Shown one piece after another: positions 55,646 through 64,000 of a stretch of 64,000 bases of DNA. Positions within the stretch are counted from its first letter, which is position 1, and each line of letters starts with the position of its first letter. The notes beneath the pieces were generated by a model. The model saw nothing but the letters and a program-made list of their open reading frames with translations, was not told the origin of the DNA and made no database searches. The translations under genes were made by a program, and so were the position numbers. Origin of the DNA: Octopus vulgaris (lineage: Eukaryota); NCBI GenBank assembly GCA_951406725.2, contig OX597824.1:8990001-9054000 (forward strand), in the 5' to 3' direction.

Positions 55646-56167
55646 GTTGGCGAGTGCATATTACACTTTCGTGTGCATCAGAAGTGTAATCGATTGCGCT
55701 TCAACTTAAGAAGTGAATTAATTAGGATTATATTAGACGTATGGTTCTTGGCAGATCATCAAAAGAACGTTTATGCTGTGGCGCTTCCTTGTAAGTTTGC
55801 TCATGGTCCACTAACGATTTTTATTTTTGGATTTCGTCTTACAAGATGTGTCGTATCGATTGCTCAGACACACAGCAAATTAAAATCTCAAGGCAAGACA
55901 TCCTGTTATAAATGTGACTATTAAAACTAATTATGCAAACATTTAATGCATGTTTTTGCATGTGTTCTACGTTGTTTTTCTACTACTTGTAACACTCGAA
56001 ACATATGAGATCTTCCTGTAAATCTAAGGCTTGTTAACTCAAGGCGATTTATCAAGCAATTTAGGGTCATTTAAGCGTAAAAGCAACGACGAGGGAAAAA
56101 GGACTTCCTTTTCTTCTTTTTCTTCTTCCAATTATTGTTGTTGTTGTTGTTGTTGTTGTTGTTAATT

Positions 56168-56330
56168 CGGTGAGCTGGCAGAATAGTTATCACACTGCGT
56201 AAAATACTTAGCAGCATTTCGTCCGTCTTTAAGAACTGATTTCAAATTCCGCAGAGGTCGACTTGGCCCATAATTCTTCGTGGTTGATAAAATAAGTATT
56301 AGTTGAGTACTGGGGTCGGTGTCATCGAAT
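56168..56330 (+). mobile_element. SINE B, degraded, after (GTT)n
   Basis: ggtgagctggcagaatagtta...tttcaaattccgcagaggtcgac. Confidence 0.75.
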
Positions 56331-56334
56331 ATCG

Positions 56335-56690
56335 CCATTGGCGCGGACCAACTGGTTTTGAACCAAAATTTCAAACCACCATACGAACAATCACACACAG
56401 ACGCATATATATATATCTGTTTTTCTGTCCTTGTTTTCGTATGCATTCGATGCTTTTTTCCAAGGAATCTAATGCTCGTAGCTTAGTTTTTCCTTGGGGC
56501 TGGCCAGATTGGAGCAATCCCGAGATTAATCAGCCGAAATTGCGAGAATGATCCGGTTCTTGATTGAAGATAAAAGGCTTCGAATGACCCGTCCTTATTT
56601 TTTTGTATCGTTTATCGGGATGTTTGGTTGTCGCTTTTTGAATCACCTAGTTGTTCGGATGTTTTGCGCTCTTGTCCCATTTTGTATTAT
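56335..56690 (+). mobile_element. P3 PLE-like terminal remnant
   Basis: Homologous to 3830-4215; ends gtcccattttgtatTATATA. Confidence 0.55.
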
Positions 56691-56891
56691 ATATATATAT
56701 ATTCATAAATGAGGATAAAAAAATAGATATTAATTTAATAATACCATCAGTGGCTTAGCACATAAAAAACCAGGGATACAATGTTATTTCTTATTGAAAA
56801 CAACTTTGGTGGCTATACCAGAAAAAGGAGCTATTTTTAGCACTAGAGTTAACCACTTAGCGGTAACTCTCTTATATTTAAATATATATAT

Positions 56892-57005
56892 ACGGTGGCC
56901 TTCTTTCAGTTTCCGTCTACTGAAGCCACTTACAAGGCTTTCGAAGACACTTGCCCAATGTGCCGCGCGGTGAGACTGAATTCCGAACTCTACGGCTGGG
57001 AATCA
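56892..57005 (-). mobile_element. SINE A head fragment
   Basis: cttctttcagtttccgtctac...gaagacacttgcccaa. Confidence 0.75.
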
Positions 57006-57476
57006 AGACCTTAATTATCTTTGTTTCCGATCAGTTTATAATTTGAAAATTAAGATTGGAATCTATAACACTTTTCTTAGTAATACTTCCGCAGGATTTT
57101 CTTTTTTATCTTCTAAGACATTCTACTATATTTTTACGATCAGACATTTATCTTTGCTAAAGGAAAAAAAAACAAAACAATCCATGCTATAGAATGCTCT
57201 CCGTCTTTTATCATATACATTTAATACATCTTGAGTGTTATATATTCTAATGTTTTATAGAGTCAATATATCGCACACATCACAGATTCGTATCTTGGAT
57301 ATTCTTGTGTCTTGGAAAGTCGAATCCATAAATTTTCGATTGATTTCAATCATTTCTAAGCAATCTGAAATTGTATTTCAAATAATACTTATTTTCGAAA
57401 CGGATGCATGTATGAATAGTTACCTCTTAACATACTTACTTTCATACACACACACATACATACATACATACATACA

Positions 57477-57508
<32 letters not shown>

Positions 57509-57688
57509 AACATACATACATACATACATACATATAAACATACATACATACATACATACATATAAACATACATACATATAAACATACATACATACATACA
57601 TATATATATATGTATATACATATATACATACACACACATATAAGTATGTATATATATATTTATATATATATATTTATATATATATGTG

Positions 57689-57748
<60 letters not shown>

Positions 57749-58366
57749 CATCTCTCTATCTCTATATATCTCTCTCTCTATATCTCCCTCTCTCTCTATA
57801 TATATATATATAAATATAAATGCCTATATACAATACATTCAACAGACGCCGTATCAATGAATCGTTAAAAAATTCACATTGTAACCAAGAGAATACAAGT
57901 TCGATCTGTTGGCATCGAATTTTAGATAAATATATTTTTTAACCTTGAGGCGAACCGCACATTGCGAGTGAATTCGGATAGATAGAAACTGTATGAAGCT
58001 CGACGTGTAGATTATACTTGGGATTCAAAAGATGCAGTCTTATAATGCACGGTGTCACACTGATTGTTCTTGATAAGTATGTTAATGGATTGAATGCTTT
58101 TGGATTGGTCAACAATTTAAACGTGAATTCAGAAACAGGTAATTTGGTTTATCGACCAACCGAATCCTGAACTGCCGCCATATCGAATTTTTTTTTAAAT
58201 GGTTGATTTCAAATTTAGTTATAACTACGCAAACGTTGGGAGCGGTATTTAGGGATTTCATAGGAATACGAGTCCAATATTTAGCTGAAACATACTCAAA
58301 TTCACAATATGATGAACAACATGTTATAGTTGCAATTCATAATCTATAAGTTTTTATCTGTTTGAA

Positions 58367-58457
<91 letters not shown>

Positions 58458-58459
<2 letters not shown>

Positions 58460-58532
58460 GTGAAGATGTTAATTAATTCATATATTAATTTGTATCCATT
58501 AGATCTCTCCGTTTTCAAACTTAATAATGATG

Positions 58533-58596
<64 letters not shown>

Positions 58597-58670
58597 TATA
58601 TATATAATTATTAAGTTTGAGAGATCTAATGGATGCAAATTAATCTATTAATTAATTAACATCTTCACCT
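58458..58670. repeat. Inverted repeat (about 70-bp arms) enclosing an (AAT)n tract
   Basis: aggtgaagatgttaattaatt...tccattagatctctc...tcaaacttaataat / attattaagtttgagagatctaatgga...aattaattaacatcttcacct. Confidence 0.9.
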
Positions 58671-58728
58671 AAAATTGCTTCATTTCGCTCAAATTTAAAC
58701 TAAAACACACACACACACACACACACAG

Positions 58729-58763
<35 letters not shown>

Positions 58764-58951
58764 ATCTTGCATTTCAAAATATACTGCATAGAAAATCATC
58801 AGACCATGACAAATGATAGTACATGGATTACATTATGATACGTTCGAATAATCCAGTATACTAAGAATGTACAAGCAAGTTTGTTACGTGTGTATGCGCA
58901 TGTGTGTGTGTGCACGCTTGCATTAAAATTATTCTTTCAATTTTTAATTCA

Positions 58952-59109
<158 letters not shown>

Positions 59110-59195
59110 AAACGTGAATAATGAGTTACTTCCCTATTAGTGTAAAAATACTTAATGAATAAAATGAAATAAAAGGAGTCCCTAATTTGCATACC

Positions 59196-59307
<112 letters not shown>

Positions 59308-59383
59308 AAAATGTTTACATTCGAAATAAGATGTTGCAATTATTATCTGTGGTGAATATATTTAATTGATAATATATATATTT

Positions 59384-59592
59384 AGTATGTGACCTCGTCT
59401 GTATCACTAGCGATTTTTTTCCCCTTGTCTTCCCTTCTCGGGATCTTTCCTTCTCCTGTGTTTCCGACGAAGAGCTCCGCTCGAAACGTCAAACCCTCCT
59501 TCTTCCCTTCTTTCCTGAGCGTCCAATAATACTTTATTTGTTCCACGTCCTTGCGTTGTTGTTTTTTTGTTTTTGTTTTCTTGTTTGGATTA

Positions 59593-59597
<5 letters not shown>
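59384..59597 (+). mobile_element. PLE-like terminal remnant (family P1) in (TA)n
   Basis: Contains the motif below; 3' 80 bp shared with 8680-8765; last bases ggattaac also at 54045. Confidence 0.72.
59460..59494 (+). ncRNA. Minimal type I hammerhead-like motif (U4C variant)
   Basis: gttt-CCGACGA-a-gagc.tcc.gctc-GAAAC-GTC-aaac: 4-bp stem I, 4-bp stem II, palindromic ACGT in place of stem III. Confidence 0.55.
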
Positions 59598-59678
<81 letters not shown>

Positions 59679-59994
59679 TATATGTATTCATATATATACA
59701 TATATATATATACAAATATATAGGTGTGTGTATGTATGTATGTATATATGTATGTATGCATTTATGTGTGTATGTATGTATGTATATCATCGTTGACACG
59801 GACTCATTTCTGCGTATTTAGTATATTTTAGCCAGGAGATAGGGAGTCACTTGTGCTGTACGTTATGATGTGATTTCTGATGGCTAACAAGCCCAATTCT
59901 TGCTCTATGCAACCTATTACAAGAATGGCATTAGATTGTGGGTGCTGGTTGGGGTTGGTTTGCTCTGTCTTTCCTACCTGGTCATTATACATAC

Positions 59995-60116
<122 letters not shown>

Positions 60117-60125
60117 GTATATCTA

Positions 60126-60161
<36 letters not shown>

Positions 60162-60904
60162 CATACATACATATGTACATATACATATGTGCATATACCC
60201 GCACAAACACACGTAAACGTACGCATACACAAATACACGCATAGTCATACAATTATAGACAAAAGTGTAAGATAAATCTTATATTGTTATATTTTATTGT
60301 TTGATAGCAGAAAATGTTAAATTAGTGAGATCGGTATTAAACATATGCGAAGTATTATAACACAATAGATTAAGTGTCCCATTTATCTCGCGGAGACATG
60401 TAAAATGAGATTTTATAACTAAAAGGAAATTAGATCTAACAGCGATATCTCTCCGGGAAATAGCAAAATATATGTCATATATCCGATTCCACAATAAATG
60501 TAATAAAGAAGGAGAAAAACGAAAGCGAGAAATCAAGCCACGCAAGAAAAGAAAATCTAACAGATGGATAGATACAGTGAGAATGTAGCAGGCAGTATGG
60601 AAGAACGAAGGGAGAGGAAAACGAACGTTTGAGGCAATAAATGAAGTTTAATGTTAATGATATGATAGGTAACAGCACTCCACTTAGCTGTATGTTAAAT
60701 TAGGAAGATCAAAGGTATACGCAGAAACGGCGGATCGTGCGTCTGTTTGACGTGCCTTTTTGACATGTGGTCTTCCATTGTAAGTGGACTGTATTTACTT
60801 GTGTGTACACCTGCATACATACATACCCTCCCAACCAAACACACACTCATATATAAATATACACATGTATGTATACACACACACAAACATACACACATAT
60901 ATAT

Positions 60905-60984
<80 letters not shown>

Positions 60985-60988
60985 GTAT

Positions 60989-61021
<33 letters not shown>

Positions 61022-61054
61022 CAGACAGGCAGACAGACAGACAGACAGACAAAC

Positions 61055-61096
<42 letters not shown>

Positions 61097-61100
61097 GTAT

Positions 61101-61185
<85 letters not shown>
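60905..61185. repeat. (GATA)n/(GACA)n array
   Basis: Direct inspection. Confidence 0.95.
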
Positions 61186-61209
61186 CATATAACACATACA
61201 TATAATACT

Positions 61210-61258
61210 GGCGGCGTCCCAGCATGGCAGCATACGCTGAAACGTATAAAAGAATAAA
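61210..61258 (+). mobile_element. Isolated 3' tail related to the SINE A end
   Basis: ggcggcgtcccagcatggc...gctgaaacgtataaaaga versus ggcggtgctccagcatggcc...actgaaacaagtaaaaga. Confidence 0.55.
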
Positions 61259-61344
61259 ATAATATATATGTATATGTTTATACATGTATGTATCGCTAAA
61301 GATATATACACACGAGTATATTTATATATATGAATATATGGATA

Positions 61345-61412
<68 letters not shown>

Positions 61413-61460
61413 AATATATATATATACATAACTGTATGTATATATCCATCTATATATTAC

Positions 61461-61839
61461 GACGGCACTCCGTCAGTTACGACGACGAGAGTTCTGGCTG
61501 ATCTGATTAACGGAAGAGCTTGCTCGTGAAATTAACGTGCAAGTGGTTGAGCTCTCCACAGACAAGTGTACCCTTAATGCAGTTCTCGGAGAGATTCACC
61601 GAGACACAGAGAGTGACAAGGCAGGCTCTTTGAAATATATGTACAACAGAAACAGGAAGAAAGAGTGAGAGAAAGTTGCGGTGAAGGAGTACAGCAGGGT
61701 TCGCCACCAGCCTTTGCCGGAGCCTCGTCGAGCTTTATGTGTTTTCGGTCAATATACACCCATAACGCCCGGTCTGGGAATCGAAAACGCTATCCTACGA
61801 CCGCGAGTTCGCTGTCTTAAGCATTGTTATTGCGTCTCC
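61461..61839 (-). mobile_element. SINE family C (M1 + T1), full length
   Basis: Closely similar to 7133-7500. Confidence 0.88.
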
Positions 61840-61938
61840 TCTAACCTTCTCTTTGTCTCTCTCTCTCTCTCTCTCTCTCTCTATGTGTGTGTCTGTGTGT
61901 ATGTATGTATGTATTTAAATATAATAATGTATATACGC

Positions 61939-61988
<50 letters not shown>

Positions 61989-62004
61989 AGAAAGAGAAAC
62001 AAAT

Positions 62005-62073
<69 letters not shown>

Positions 62074-63056
62074 ACCTCTCTTATGCACATAGACACAAAC
62101 TAACAAGTCTCTGTGTTTTGTATCTTATTTTATGGAGTGTTGTTTTTGTACATGTTTAACTGCAGAACATTTACACCATAAGAATCATTACTTGAAAAAA
62201 AAAATGCTTTTCCATGCATTCTTTGAATTAAAGTAATTATTGCCGTCGACCAAAAGTAACGTAGCAGATCTAAGCATGTTTTCAATTGAGTTCGACAACA
62301 AAGTAAACAACTTCTCGTCTTGTTTGATTTTACTATCGCAGCTAAGGCCACGCATGAGTGGCGTCTCCATATGATTGAAGAATCATATGATTGATGCGAA
62401 ATAAATCAATAAAGACAATAGCATTATTCCATTGATCTTTCTTGAGACTGTTAATAATAAGGAAAAGGTTGTTTTTAGATTGGGTTTATGTGTTGTTAGT
62501 TGTCACTATCTGCTATGTTGTGAGCCTTCGCTAAGTCTATAGCATCAGGCGTAGCGTGTGGATAGGGAACGTTCACTGCGTTTAAATACAATTAATTTAT
62601 CGATTGTTTGTTTTCTTTTGAATGGAACTCGTGACAATTTTGAGGATGGAAGGTTCCAGGAGCTCGATCAATAGACCTACATGACCATTGTTATGCAGCG
62701 ATAGCAGTTGAGTACTCCGCAGACACGTGTACCTACAAAGTGCAGATAGACTCAGAGGAAGAAACTGTGCCTTGCAAGGCTGGCATTCTATAACGATTAG
62801 GGGGCCAAGGGACAAGTTCCAGCCAGATGGATTTGAGTGATTTCCCTTTTAGCAGCAAGGTATATGTATACACACACACACACACACAAAGTCACACAAT
62901 CACTCGCGCACACATATTATATGTGTATATGTATGTATATATATTTATGTATATATATGTATGTATGTGTGTGTGTGTAGTTGTATATATACTTGTATAT
63001 GGCTAACAATACATACGTTTATCTCACTCTGTCAATATATATTTATATATATATGT

Positions 63057-63133
<77 letters not shown>

Positions 63134-63226
63134 TGTATATATATATAAATAAAATTATGTATATATACATATGCGTATATATATACATATATATATATCT
63201 ATATATATAGAGAGAGACACATATAT

Positions 63227-63298
<72 letters not shown>

Positions 63299-63358
63299 TT
63301 AGTGTTGCTTCAAGTTCATCAAACATTGTAAAGAAGCTAAATTTGCATGCACACGTAT

Positions 63359-63389
<31 letters not shown>

Positions 63390-64000
63390 GGTGTGTGAAT
63401 GCGTGCGTGTGTGTGTGTATATGCACACAAGATGTATGCGTAAACAGTAAATATACATATAAGCATACATACATATATACATACATAGTCTATATACCTA
63501 TACTAATGTCTGTGTATGTGTGTGTGTGAGCGTGCATACCTGTGTATTTATCTGTTCGTCTTGTATGTGTGTCGGTTCTTATATCCTGGAATAGTCTAAA
63601 TATAGAGTTCTGCGAATTCTCTTGGAATTCAATCAACACAAATCTAAGGCATCACAATATCTTGAGAAGCAGAAATAAAACGACCAAATAACGAAAGGCC
63701 CAAATAAATAAATAAATTCATCAAAAGCAGAATGCCAGAGTTCCATCGATCTCATCTAGCTGAGAAACATACTAAAAAAGGGAGCCACTGCGCGAGTTAA
63801 TATGGCAATGAATGTTTCCCACAAGGATCTAATCACTCATCGAATTGCTCTTAGCAACCAAAACTTTGGTTTTGATCTTACAAGTTATTTCTTGCTCTCC
63901 AATAAAATCGAAACATACGCACGAGATATGCACGACACACGAACAAACGCAGGCACACACATACATACATACAGGCGGAACACGTCCATTCAAACATACA

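Overview
AT-rich, microsatellite-saturated eukaryotic non-coding DNA (intronic or intergenic). The SINE families, (TA)n/(CA)n/(AAT)n/(CATA)n density and Dong/R4, CR1-like, mariner and Penelope-like relics suggest an octopus (coleoid cephalopod) genome; this is an inference. I can support no host protein-coding exon, and nearly all listed ORFs are microsatellite translations. The window holds three tRNA-derived SINE groups (my labels A, B, C; about 25 copies or fragments), a nest of four Dong/R4-type RLE-LINE pieces around (AAT)n, a CR1/L2-like RT fragment, two mariner fragments, a possible solo LTR and several minisatellites. The most interesting signal is a set of short elements embedded in (TA)n that look like Penelope-like element (PLE) termini. 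They carry type I hammerhead ribozyme motifs: one near-canonical and fully paired at 15435-15492, several minimal variants elsewhere. Several have long fold-back palindromes, two of which invert at a hammerhead motif. Other notable features are a tail-less SINE whose 3' end always abuts GT and twice joins its own family at the same base, a 2x2 modular shuffle of SINE C parts, and a 29-bp-period array with conserved core and variable spacers.
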